64,000 bases of DNA, taken from contig DATJZU010000026.1 of NCBI GenBank assembly GCA_035498835.1, positions 922 to 64,921 of the forward strand. Reading direction: 5' to 3'. Position 1 is the first letter of the stretch, and each line of letters starts with the position of its first letter. The notes beneath the pieces are model-generated. The model did no database searches, was not told where the DNA came from, and was given only the letters and a program-made list of their open reading frames with translations. The DNA is from Thermoanaerobaculia bacterium (lineage in GTDB: Bacteria > Acidobacteriota > Thermoanaerobaculia > UBA5066 > Gp7-AA6). This document shows positions 32,847 through 42,055 of this stretch, in pieces. The position numbers were made by a program, and so were the translations under genes.

Positions 32847-33434
32847 GTGGTCATGGTTCGCAAACTGAGCCTTTTCGTTCTCGCGGGCGTCCTTGTCGCC
32901 GCCGCATCGGCTTCGGCGCAGGCGCCGCCGGAGGCCGGGTCCGTCGATCTCGGAGACTTCGCCCGGAAGGCCGCGATCGGCGGCATGACCGAAGTCGAAC
33001 TCGGTCGACTCGCCGTCGAAAGAGCGTCCAATGCCCGCGTCAAGGAGTTCGGGCAGCGGATGGTGAACGACCACACGCGCGCCGACACCGAGCTGCGCGT
33101 CGCCGCCCGGGAGCAGGGCATCCCCCTCCCCGCCGAGCTCGACGCCGAGCACAAGGCGGCCGTGAACAAGCTTTCACGGCTTTCGGGATCGGCCTTCGAC
33201 CAGGCGTACATGCGCGACATGGTCATGGACCACGAGGAGGACGTCGCGGAGTTCGCCCGCGCGGCGCAGAGCCCGGGCGATTCGCCGGTCAAGAGCTTCG
33301 CCGCGAAGAACTTGCCGACACTGCAGGATCACCTGAAGATGGCGCGTGACGTCGACGGCGAGCTCGGCCGGAGCAGCGGCGGCGGGGCCGAGGGGATGGT
33401 GTTCCTGCCGCGGTGGGCGTCGGCACGGGCCTGA
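32847..33434 (+). CDS. DUF4142-domain secreted protein
   Basis: FARKAAIGGMTEVELGRLA, VKEFGQRMVNDH, FDQAYMRDMVMDH, LPTLQDHLKMA. Confidence 0.9.
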   Translation: MVMVRKLSLFVLAGVLVAAASASAQAPPEAGSVDLGDFARKAAIGGMTEVELGRLAVERASNARVKEFGQRMVNDHTRADTELRVAAREQGIPLPAELDAEHKAAVNKLSRLSGSAFDQAYMRDMVMDHEEDVAEFARAAQSPGDSPVKSFAAKNLPTLQDHLKMARDVDGELGRSSGGGAEGMVFLPRWASARA

Positions 33435-33521
33435 ACGGCACTCCTCCGGGCGGTATCCTTCCAGCCAAAGCAATCGGCTTCTCGACCAGAGCCGCAGCTC
33501 GCCGATGAGGAGGGATGGGCC

Positions 33522-34073
33522 ATGGACAAGCGTCGTTCGACCCGCCGAATCGCGATCCTGAGCGCCGTCATAGTTCTCGCACTCGCAGCGATCCCGTTCG
33601 GCCTCGCCCTGAGGGCCCAGGAGGCCCGAGAGCAGATCACCCTGTCGACGGGATTCCGATCAACGGAGGCGACACCGACTCCGACACCTTCCGCGCCGCA
33701 CCCGACACCGACAGTGCCAGCCGGACCGGTGACCCTGAAACAGATGCAGGGATCCTGGGTGGCGGCCCTGAGCGGAGTCACGGGATGCGGCGTGTCGACG
33801 CTTGCCATGGAATTCACGCTGGATGCCCAGGGCAAGGGCACGCAGCTGTCCTCGGCGGAGCACACGGCCGGTTGCGGCGAGCTCGACCACGCCGGCGACT
33901 ACGTCGACCTCCAGGTTCTCAACCCGGACGGGAGCGGTTTCATCGCCTTCGGCTGCGGCGTCGGCTGCGGGTTCGGGTTCACGTTCCAGCTTTCCCACAG
34001 CAAGGAGGTCTTCAACATGGCGCCGGAGCCCGTGCCCGGCAACTACCTGGCAGGCCTCGCCGTTCGGAGGTGA
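33522..34073 (+). CDS. Hypothetical exported protein with four Cys
   Basis: GGAGG RBS, signal/TM segment, Pro/Thr linker, compact beta-rich domain (GCG x2, FGCGVGCG). Confidence 0.6.
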   Translation: MDKRRSTRRIAILSAVIVLALAAIPFGLALRAQEAREQITLSTGFRSTEATPTPTPSAPHPTPTVPAGPVTLKQMQGSWVAALSGVTGCGVSTLAMEFTLDAQGKGTQLSSAEHTAGCGELDHAGDYVDLQVLNPDGSGFIAFGCGVGCGFGFTFQLSHSKEVFNMAPEPVPGNYLAGLAVRR

Positions 34074-34081
34074 GGCCCGAA

Positions 34082-34205
34082 CGCGGCGCAGGGCCCGGGC
34101 GATTCGCCGGTCAAGAGCTTCGGCTTTAAGACGCCGACGCACCAGGGCCACCTGAAGACGGCGCGCGACGTCGACGGCGAACTCGGCCGGAGCAGCGCCG
34201 ACGGC
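34082..34205 (+). pseudogene. Degenerate duplicate of the 3' end of the DUF4142 gene (33260-33385)
   Basis: AAQGPGDSPVKSFGFK-TPTHQGHLKTARDVDGELGRSS versus AAQSPGDSPVKSFAAKNLPTLQDHLKMARDVDGELGRSS; no start codon of its own. Confidence 0.8.
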
Positions 34206-34231
34206 TTTCAGCGAGGACGCTTCCGAAACTC

Positions 34232-34960
34232 CTACTTCAGGTAGACGCTCAAGATCAGACCGAAGCCGCTGACGTTCGGCACGGCGTGGTTGTAGTCGCG
34301 CTGGAAGTAAACCTCCGGCACGAACCTCTCCCATGCCTGAACGTCGAGACCTGCCGACGCCCGGGTCTTGACCCACGTTCCGGCCTCGAAATCGTAGAAG
34401 AACTCCCCGTTAGCATATGGGATGAGCTTGGTCTTCCCGAGATCGATGCCGCGCTCGAGCCGAACCCGGTTTCGATAGCGCGCATCGAACTTGCCATTCG
34501 TGAAGTTCAGATCGAAGCGATTCCGGTCGCCGAAGAGGACCTTCCAGGGCAGGAGCAGGCGAAAGGTCCCCTCGACGTCGATCCCGTTTGAAGCAGGCAA
34601 TTGCCCGCGCGAGGCGGTGTAAGCGTAGCCAACGCGAAACTGAAGCTGGCGGCGGCGGGCGTCGTTTGCCGGTCCGTAGAGGTCGAGTTTCGTGAGCGGC
34701 GACGTGAAGTAGTCCAGGTACACTCCAATCGTCCCGTTCTCGTAGGAGTTCGACTGGCCCTCGCGCGTCTGGCTGACCGGGACAAAGAGACGCAGATCGT
34801 CGTTGAATTTTACGTACGTATCGACTTCAGGCCAGAACTGAGTGTCTGCGGTCTGCGACTTCGCCGGCGACGCCAGCGCCAGCGCTGCGAGCGTGAACAG
34901 GACGCCCAATCGTTCGCAGGTGCCGGCTTTGCCTTCGCGAGACCCAGACCGACCGCCCAA
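34232..34960 (-). CDS. DUF2490-like outer-membrane beta-barrel protein
   Basis: Signal peptide, QFWPE.D, alternating aromatic strands, RYRNRVRLE, PYANGEFFYD, C-terminal YLK; start uncertain. Confidence 0.65.
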   Translation of the reverse strand: MGGRSGSREGKAGTCERLGVLFTLAALALASPAKSQTADTQFWPEVDTYVKFNDDLRLFVPVSQTREGQSNSYENGTIGVYLDYFTSPLTKLDLYGPANDARRRQLQFRVGYAYTASRGQLPASNGIDVEGTFRLLLPWKVLFGDRNRFDLNFTNGKFDARYRNRVRLERGIDLGKTKLIPYANGEFFYDFEAGTWVKTRASAGLDVQAWERFVPEVYFQRDYNHAVPNVSGFGLILSVYLK

Positions 34961-34973
34961 GACGCCGCCGTGC

Positions 34974-35897
34974 CTAGATCGGCACGGCGAACTGTACGTA
35001 CAGGCCCCGGCCCTGCGTCGAGAACTTCCCTCCGAACTGCCAGAAGTAGCGAATTGTCAGCGCGCCTTGCAGGGTCGTGAACTCCGGGCCCAGTGCGTAG
35101 ATCTGTGTCTTGTTCGCGGCGATGAATCCGGGCACGTCGGCGCCGTGAGTCTCGGTGACCTGCCATTGTGCGTATCCCGCGACACCTGCCCATCCCTTGA
35201 AAAGCTGCCCCGATCCGTAGTTCGCCCCGACGCCGTACATCAGCGTGATCGGATTGCCGGTGGTCCAGTCGGTGCCCTGCTTCTTGCTGTTGATGTCGTA
35301 GAAGAGCGACGCCGAGGCGTGAAAGTTCTTCTTCTCGTCGAAGAACACCGTCGAAAGCACCGACACCTCGTTGCACCACATGCCGAGGCCCGTGTTGTTC
35401 GACGCTCCGGGCGTGTAGCGTCCGGTGGGCGGGTAGAAGGCGTATTGGAACATGACGTCGGCCTGTGAAAAGTGCCAACCAATGTTGACCGGCACGATCC
35501 AGAGCTGGGAGAGGCCGAAGCTGGTCGAGTTGCTCACATCCAGGCGCGGAAAGTCCGTCGTTACGTTGGCAAACGGAACGGCGAGGACCGCCCCGTAGTT
35601 CCCGCCGAGGATCTTGATGTTCGAGACCCACGACACGAGGGGCCCGAAGTAGTACTGGTTGAAACTCGCGTCCCCCGAGGGGACCTTGTTTCCGTTCGGG
35701 CCCCGGAGCTCATCGGCCCAGGAGATCCCGCCGAGCAGCCCGGCATAGAGACCTGGCGGCGCCTGCGTGCCCGCCATGAGGCCGTACTCTCCTTTGAGAA
35801 TGAGCTGCTGGGCTTGCGCGCTCCGGGCGGCCTGGCAGGTCACCAGCAATGCTGCGAGAACGGGAAGAACCCGTCTCGTCGTTGACCGTCGATTCAT
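34974..35897 (-). CDS. SphA/MetA-pathway-type outer-membrane channel ('transporter')
   Basis: Signal peptide; AGTQAPPG.Y, ILGGNYG..LAVP, P.NIGWH, PTGRY...NTGLG motifs. Confidence 0.7.
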   Translation of the reverse strand: MNRRSTTRRVLPVLAALLVTCQAARSAQAQQLILKGEYGLMAGTQAPPGLYAGLLGGISWADELRGPNGNKVPSGDASFNQYYFGPLVSWVSNIKILGGNYGAVLAVPFANVTTDFPRLDVSNSTSFGLSQLWIVPVNIGWHFSQADVMFQYAFYPPTGRYTPGASNNTGLGMWCNEVSVLSTVFFDEKKNFHASASLFYDINSKKQGTDWTTGNPITLMYGVGANYGSGQLFKGWAGVAGYAQWQVTETHGADVPGFIAANKTQIYALGPEFTTLQGALTIRYFWQFGGKFSTQGRGLYVQFAVPI

Positions 35898-35929
35898 CTC
35901 GCGCCCTCCGTATCCGAACCGATCAGTCT

Positions 35930-37441
35930 TCAGTGTTGGGTGAAGTTCGTCAGGTTCCCGGCGGGCGGGTTCGGATACTTCTTGACCGACGCCTCGTATT
36001 CTTGGATCGCCTTGAAGACAGGTTCGCCCGCCCACAGGTAGTTGGGAAGTTGGAGATCCTCGTGCGGGTCGACCTCGATGTTGTAGATCTTCGGGTAGTA
36101 CATCGGGGCCGCGCTGCCAAACATCCCACCGAGCATCTGCTGGCCTGTGCCCGTCAGGCCCATGTCCTTGAAGTAGATTCGCCACTGCTTCCAGCGCGCC
36201 GCCACGATGTCCGGGCCGATGAAGGTGAGCAGCGTTTCGCGGTTTCCCATCGCGCTCTTACCCGTGAGCACGTCGGTCTGGTCCACGCCGTCGATGGCGC
36301 GGTCCGTAGGCAGCTTGGCGCCGATGATCGCCGCGAAGGTCGGCAGGAAATCCATCTCCGAGAACATCGCGTAGGACGTGGTGTTCGGCATCACGTGCCC
36401 GGGCCAGCGGACGAAGGCGAAGGTGCGGATCGAGCCCTCGGTCGCGTCGCCGAGCGAGCCGCGGAACGGCCCCGGGCTGCCCATGTCGGGCAATCCCAGG
36501 CCCGAGGCATCCCACGTCATGAAGTACTGGCCCGTCGGTCCGTTGTCCGACGCGAAGACAACGACGGTCTTGTCTTCGAGATTCAGCTCCTTGAGGGCGT
36601 CGAGCACTTGCCCAACGTGAAAGTCGCCTTCCATGATCTTGTCGCCGTACTGCCCGACGCGGGACTTGCCAGCGAATTCTTTGGATGGCAGGCTCGGCGC
36701 GTGCCCCATCGAGAACGGCAGGTACACGAAAAACGGCTTGCCCGCGGCCTGCTGCTGCTTGATGAACGCGAGGGCGTGGTCGGTGAGTTCGTTGTCGATC
36801 TCGGCGCGAACGGCGAGCGTGAAGGGCTTGACCCTCTGCAGGGGCCCGCCCACCTTCTGCTGCACGATCCAGGCACCCCTCTCGATCAGGACCTTCTCGG
36901 GGACGTCTCCGGCGCTGTGCGTTTGCACGATCTGCGGGATGTCCGCTGCGGTGTCCCACGAACTGTCCGGCGGGATGCCGTAGAAGTCATTGAAACCGTG
37001 CGCCGTCGGCACGCTCTGCGGGTCGCTGCCGAGATGCCACTTGCCGAACATTGCCGTCGCGTAGCCCGCGTCCTTGAACAACTGGCCCATCGTGTAGGCC
37101 CTGGCCGAGAGCGTATTGGGTGAGCCCGGCAGACCCAGGAGCGACAGTCCGTTGCGGATCGAATACTGGCCCGTCATGAGGGCCGTGCGCGACGGGGTGC
37201 AGCCCGGCTCGACGAGATACTGTGTCAGGCGAATCCCCTCGCGGGCGAGCCGGTCGGCGTTCGGTGTCGGATAGCCTCGCAGCTCGCCTCCCCCGTAGGG
37301 TCCCAAATCGCCGTAGCCGACGTTGTCGGCCAGGATGAAAACGACGTTCGGCCTCTTCGCCTGTTGCGCCGGCGCCGGCACCGCAAGCCCGACGGCCAGC
37401 GAAATAACAGCAACGATTCGAGGCAGTGTTCCTGATTTCAT
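35930..37441 (-). CDS. Exported Cys-type (aryl)sulfatase
   Basis: Signal peptide, PNVVFILADNVGYGD, CTPSR (CxPxR), GKWHLG, SDNG. Confidence 0.9.
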   Translation of the reverse strand: MKSGTLPRIVAVISLAVGLAVPAPAQQAKRPNVVFILADNVGYGDLGPYGGGELRGYPTPNADRLAREGIRLTQYLVEPGCTPSRTALMTGQYSIRNGLSLLGLPGSPNTLSARAYTMGQLFKDAGYATAMFGKWHLGSDPQSVPTAHGFNDFYGIPPDSSWDTAADIPQIVQTHSAGDVPEKVLIERGAWIVQQKVGGPLQRVKPFTLAVRAEIDNELTDHALAFIKQQQAAGKPFFVYLPFSMGHAPSLPSKEFAGKSRVGQYGDKIMEGDFHVGQVLDALKELNLEDKTVVVFASDNGPTGQYFMTWDASGLGLPDMGSPGPFRGSLGDATEGSIRTFAFVRWPGHVMPNTTSYAMFSEMDFLPTFAAIIGAKLPTDRAIDGVDQTDVLTGKSAMGNRETLLTFIGPDIVAARWKQWRIYFKDMGLTGTGQQMLGGMFGSAAPMYYPKIYNIEVDPHEDLQLPNYLWAGEPVFKAIQEYEASVKKYPNPPAGNLTNFTQH

Positions 37442-37923
37442 CCTCTCTCCTTCCTTCGGCAAGCACGACGTCGGCGAGCCACCGCCGATCATTTAACGTC
37501 GCAGCACCGGCGATCGCGGTCTTGAAAATCCCTCAGCGAGCGACATCGCGAGCCTTCCGAAACATATCTCGACCGGCTCAACTCCCGTGACCGGAATGCA
37601 GCGCAAACGGGTGAACGGCGCAGCGTAGATAAATCCGGGATAAATGTCGGCTCAACCACGCGCCCCTGCCTGCCGGCCCATATGTACCCTCGGCCTCGAA
37701 GGACGCCATGCGTACGCCGACGACGTCCGCTCCCATAAGCGTGTCGAACGAGCCGTACGCCCCTGCTCGACTCCTTGAAGAACGAGCAGGCCCTCCTCGC
37801 GGAGGAGCGAGATCGTCGGCGGCAGCAGCCCTTGAGCCGGTGACGCATTCACACGTCGAGTCAGGCCTCAAGCTTCGGCTCAGAGGCCGAGCGGAACGAG
37901 CGCGATGCCGAGTCTCGCGCGCA

Positions 37924-38811
37924 TCAGAACGTCACAATCAGAAAGAGCCGGGGTCCGTCGTACCGGTACGAAAAGTCGATGAACGAGTTCGTCTCCTCCT
38001 TCTTGAGAGCGACCTTGGTATAGCCGTACGCCGCACCGATCCCGAAGTTGTGCGTCGCGTACCAATCGAGGTGCGCGTCCGCCTCGAAGACCGATCCGAC
38101 GTACGGGTGCACCGGGGCGAAGATGCCCAGCACACGAATCCCGCCGGAGAGTCCATCGGCCAGGCGGCCGTCGAAATTGAGGCCGAGAAGGGGCACGGGC
38201 GTCGACAGCTTGGCGCTCTTGGTTACCGAGTTTCCGACGACCGGCCCTCCGGGCCCGATGACCCCTGCGGCGGCGCTCAGCTCCGCCTCGAGAATCGGGT
38301 ACGCGACGCCGAGCGACAGCCCGAACTGCACGTTCTCGTTCTTGACGAAGCCGTAGCTGTAGTCGATGTAGGGAAGGTTCGACTTCGATGTCGCCGATAC
38401 GGAAGCGCCTGCCGTGTAGGTGCTGTCGCCGAAAGTGACATCCCTCGAGAGGGTCTGCGTCCGCCCGCGGGAGAACCCGACGTAGCCGAAGTCGATGAAG
38501 CTACGGCCCGCGAAGTTCCATGAGCCCCAGCCGTTGAATCCCGCGGTTGACTGAGGCATCCCGAGGACGTTTTCGAGGCTGACACCGCCGCCGATGGGTC
38601 CCCCTTGAGTGATGTTCTCCTGAAAGGTGACGCTGGTGTTGAACCAGGCGTACATGGCCCCGAGCCGCAGCCGGAAGGTGTCGGGCACATCGCCGGGAAA
38701 CTGAGCCTGCGCCGGCATGGCGGCCAGGAGCAACCCCGACGCAATCAACAGGGGAATCAACCTGCGAGCAACCGCGGACCGACGCGTCGGGACCCCGCAA
38801 ACACACTGCAT
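37924..38811 (-). CDS. Outer-membrane beta-barrel protein of unknown function
   Basis: Signal peptide ending AQA; amphipathic strands; terminal Phe (FLIVTF). Confidence 0.7.
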   Translation of the reverse strand: MQCVCGVPTRRSAVARRLIPLLIASGLLLAAMPAQAQFPGDVPDTFRLRLGAMYAWFNTSVTFQENITQGGPIGGGVSLENVLGMPQSTAGFNGWGSWNFAGRSFIDFGYVGFSRGRTQTLSRDVTFGDSTYTAGASVSATSKSNLPYIDYSYGFVKNENVQFGLSLGVAYPILEAELSAAAGVIGPGGPVVGNSVTKSAKLSTPVPLLGLNFDGRLADGLSGGIRVLGIFAPVHPYVGSVFEADAHLDWYATHNFGIGAAYGYTKVALKKEETNSFIDFSYRYDGPRLFLIVTF

Positions 38812-38837
38812 GGGGGATGTCTCCTTTTTCCTCGAAC

Positions 38838-39866
38838 TCAAGTAGCCGCCGTCGCGGCGCCCGAAATGCAGGAAGCAACCATCTTCTCGAGTTGACTCGC
38901 GTTCACCCCACCGGCGGCGCCGATCGCGACAATCCGGCTGCGCGGCGAGAGGCGGCCCCACTCCTCGTGCAACGAGATGTCCACTCGCCTCCCGACCACC
39001 TGCAGCACCGCCTTCCGTCGCGGGGCGTCGGCGGAGTAGATGAATCCCTTGGCCCGGTAGACCGTCCCGGGCAGGCGACGCATCGCCTCCTGCAACGCTT
39101 CGAGCACGAGAGGCTGGTCCGTCTCGTAGCTCCATGTGCTGAAGACGCTCGAGTGATCGAGGCCCGGACGAACGTCGCGGCAGCCAGGGTCGGCGCAGCT
39201 CGTCTCGATGTGCTTCGAGTCGATGCTTGTTCGAGCCGGGTCGAAGCGCCCCACACCCAGGAGGACCTCGTAGGGGACGTCGCAGTAGTCCGTCTCGAAG
39301 ATCCGAAGGCGGTTGAAATGCTCGTCCAGCCAGGCTCGGGCCTTCCCGACTTTCTCGGGACCGGCAAGGCTCACCTTGTTCAGGATCACCATGTCGGAAA
39401 ACCCCACCTGGTGGAGCTTGAGATCCATCAGGGGCGGATATTCGGGGTGAGCGAAGACCTGGTCTGCGTCCAGCACGCAGGTGACGCTGTCCAGACGGAT
39501 TCGATCCCGAAGATTGGGATCGTTGAAAGTCACGAAGATGCCGGCAGGATCCGCCACGCCGCTGGCTTCGAGCAGGATGTATTCCACCTTCTCCGGACGT
39601 TCGAGTAGGGCGGCGACCGACTCGACGAGGTCGTCGCGAATCTGGCAGCAGACGCAGCCGTTGGCGAGGCTGATCATGTTGTCGTCCACCCCGACGACAA
39701 GCTCGGCGTCGATGTTGATCGAGCCGAAGTCGTTGACGAGGACCCCCACGCGCAGGCCGTGATTCCCGGTCAGGATGCGATTGAGCAGCGTCGTCTTGCC
39801 CGCCCCGAGAAAGCCGGTCAGGACCGTGATGGGAACGGCCGTGCCGTTGTCATCTATGAGTTCCAC
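38838..39866 (-). CDS. COG0523/CobW-family GTPase metallochaperone
   Basis: TGFLGAGKTT, VNDFG, NGCVCC (CxCC), EASG, NK.S and a CobW_C domain (YRAKG). Confidence 0.9.
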   Translation of the reverse strand: MELIDDNGTAVPITVLTGFLGAGKTTLLNRILTGNHGLRVGVLVNDFGSINIDAELVVGVDDNMISLANGCVCCQIRDDLVESVAALLERPEKVEYILLEASGVADPAGIFVTFNDPNLRDRIRLDSVTCVLDADQVFAHPEYPPLMDLKLHQVGFSDMVILNKVSLAGPEKVGKARAWLDEHFNRLRIFETDYCDVPYEVLLGVGRFDPARTSIDSKHIETSCADPGCRDVRPGLDHSSVFSTWSYETDQPLVLEALQEAMRRLPGTVYRAKGFIYSADAPRRKAVLQVVGRRVDISLHEEWGRLSPRSRIVAIGAAGGVNASQLEKMVASCISGAATAAT

Positions 39867-39870
39867 GTTG

Positions 39871-41310
39871 CTACTTCATGAACTGCTTCAGATCGATCCC
39901 CATCACCTTCGCCATTTCGCGAAGATCGACCAGCTGCGGGTTTGGGAGCTTGGTGAGGGGCTGACGGTAGACGTCCGGCGGGTAGTACTTGTGCGGATCG
40001 ATCTCGAGATCGCGCGTCCTCTGCTCCTGCTGCTGCTCGCGCGGCAGCCGGGGCTGTGGGACGACGCCCTGGCCTGTTGCGAGGGGGAGCGGGTCGCCGA
40101 ACAGCAACGTGGGTGGCGGGAGCGGCTGGCCCGAGAAGCCGGGAAGGACAGCATCGCGCTGCCAGATCGCGTCCTTCGTGACATTGACGGTCACCACGTC
40201 CGGCGCCCCGTAGAGGAAGAGCCCCTTCCAGTGGGCGCGGATGTCCGCGCTCTGCTCGTTGAGCGTGTCGTCGTCGAACGCGAGGTGCGTGGCCATGCCG
40301 ACGCGCGGGCCGACCTGGTTGATGAGGTAGCCCGTGGCGTATGCCACCGTGTGGTGAATGTCCACGGTGTAGTTGTAGAGGAATTCGGGGAGCCCGTACT
40401 TGAGCTGGTTGAGGCGGGACAGATCGGGCTGGAGCTCCGTGACGAAGACGTCGACGCCTTTCGCATACTTCGCCGTCAGCTCGTCGGGCCGGCCGTCGCC
40501 GGTCCAGACGAACGAAAGGCCGTTCCAGTCGAGACGGTAGGCCGAGGCGCCGTCCTTGGTGTGCGAACGGCGCCAGTGCCGGATCGTGACGCCGTTCTTG
40601 TCGTAGCAGATGCCGTTCTCGTCCTTCCAGTCGAACTCGTTGACCTCGACCTCGTAGCCATCGCCGATCGGGCAGCTGTCGAAGGCTTCGAGGTGCCACT
40701 TGAGCATCTGCTTCATGCCGGCGACCATCGCCTTCGTGCCGAGGTCCGGCGTGCGGCCCGAGGGCCCGGTGACGCGCAGCGGCATCTTCCAGCGCCCCGC
40801 CCACGCCGAGAAGGGGAGCAGGTAGGACAGGTCGTGGTAGTGGTCCACGTGAAGGTGCGTGATGAAGATGTCGTTGATGCTCGGGACGGGGACGCCCATG
40901 GCGAGAATGTTCTTGACGCAGCCCGGTCCGAAGTCGAAGAAGAAGCGGTCGCCGTTGCCGAGCTCGACCATGATGCACGTGCCGGCCTGGTCGCGCCGGG
41001 GTGGGAACGGGCAGCTGCCGACGAACGAGATGCGCATCTCGTCGGGCCCGAGGGTCTCGCTGCCGGGGAAATAGTTCATCCGGCTCCGGACCGACGGCGT
41101 CGGCTGGTAGTAGGGCGGGAACTGCAGGCCGGTGCTCGGCCCCCCGCCATACGGGTTCGTCGGCATGGTCGAGCCGGTCTGCCCGAGGGCCACGGTCGGG
41201 TCGGCGGCGGCAAGCCCCACCGCCGCGGCGCCGGCAATGGCGGTCTTGAGCATGGAGCGTCGATCCAGATCGCTTCGGGCCGGTGCCTTCGTGTCGTCGT
41301 CGGTCGCCAT
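39871..41310 (-). CDS. Tat-exported metallo-beta-lactamase-fold hydrolase (RNase Z/AtsA-like)
   Basis: Twin-arginine signal DRRSMLK; THLHVDH (HxHxDH), SHTKDG, WTGDG, DIHHT, ATHL metal ligands. Confidence 0.85.
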   Translation of the reverse strand: MATDDDTKAPARSDLDRRSMLKTAIAGAAAVGLAAADPTVALGQTGSTMPTNPYGGGPSTGLQFPPYYQPTPSVRSRMNYFPGSETLGPDEMRISFVGSCPFPPRRDQAGTCIMVELGNGDRFFFDFGPGCVKNILAMGVPVPSINDIFITHLHVDHYHDLSYLLPFSAWAGRWKMPLRVTGPSGRTPDLGTKAMVAGMKQMLKWHLEAFDSCPIGDGYEVEVNEFDWKDENGICYDKNGVTIRHWRRSHTKDGASAYRLDWNGLSFVWTGDGRPDELTAKYAKGVDVFVTELQPDLSRLNQLKYGLPEFLYNYTVDIHHTVAYATGYLINQVGPRVGMATHLAFDDDTLNEQSADIRAHWKGLFLYGAPDVVTVNVTKDAIWQRDAVLPGFSGQPLPPPTLLFGDPLPLATGQGVVPQPRLPREQQQEQRTRDLEIDPHKYYPPDVYRQPLTKLPNPQLVDLREMAKVMGIDLKQFMK

Positions 41311-41452
41311 CGTTGTCCTCCTCTGTCGCAATTCTTCGGTCGGCTTCGATCTCGAATGGGATCAGGAAGCGGCACGCCCGTCTTGGTGATGCGATGGCAT
41401 CAGAGCCACTCTCCTTCCCACTTCTTACCGAAGTGGACGCGGCCCGGCCATT

Positions 41453-41466
41453 TAGACTTTGGTCTA
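41453..41466. promoter_or_regulatory. Candidate FixJ/NarL-type operator 1
   Basis: TAGAC-TTTG-GTCTA inverted repeat upstream of the hydrolase operon. Confidence 0.5.
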
Positions 41467-41515
41467 GCAGGGATCGCGCTCGGCTGCCCGCCCCGCGCCG
41501 GCCTCACGACACGAC

Positions 41516-41893
41516 TCACGATCTCCTCTCGAGCGCCGCGCCGATCGCGTCGAGGAGCGCGGCGTTCGCGAACGGCTTTCGGAGCAACCTCACGCCGCCC
41601 GCCTCCGAAGCGGCGGGAGTGAGCTCGAGGTACTGGTTCGCCGTGATGAAGACGACGGGAATGTCTTCGCCCGCCGCACGCATCCGCGTCTGCACTTCGA
41701 GGCCGGAAATCCCGGAGAGCTGAATGTCGAGGATCACGCAGGCGGGGCGACGGGTCTCGAGCGACGCGAGAAATTCCTCACCGGAACGAAAGGAGCCAAT
41801 GTCGTAGTCGTTGAGACGCAGGAGGCGACCGAGCGCGACACGGACCGGAGCTTCGTCGTCCACGACCGCGACATAGGGGCGCTCGATTGTCAC
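41516..41893 (-). CDS. Stand-alone response-regulator receiver (FixJ-associated type)
   Basis: VAVVDDE, VILDIQL, VFITA, LRKPF. Confidence 0.9.
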   Translation of the reverse strand: MTIERPYVAVVDDEAPVRVALGRLLRLNDYDIGSFRSGEEFLASLETRRPACVILDIQLSGISGLEVQTRMRAAGEDIPVVFITANQYLELTPAASEAGGVRLLRKPFANAALLDAIGAALERRS

Positions 41894-41932
41894 CGTGTCG
41901 GGAGACTACAGGCGAGAATTGAAATCCGAACT

Positions 41933-41946
41933 TAGACCTTGGTGTA
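41933..41946. promoter_or_regulatory. Candidate FixJ/NarL-type operator 2
   Basis: TAGAC-CTTG-GTGTA upstream of the receiver gene; matches operator 1 at 12 of 14 positions. Confidence 0.45.
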
Positions 41947-42055
41947 GTGGCTAGCGACTCCGATTCATTCGAGTCGTGGAGTTCCACGATGCGCCACGCG
42001 ATCCGGCGGCTCGCGATGCACATCCGCCAGGCGAATCGAGGCCCCTTCTACGGGT

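Noticed and set aside
34071-34244. Selenocysteine read-through of the TGA at 34071 into the DUF4142-like fragment
   Set aside because: It is in frame and a small GGCCC/GGGCC hairpin follows, but the position is not a redox-motif context and the downstream part is a decayed duplicate. A SECIS search and homolog alignment would be needed.
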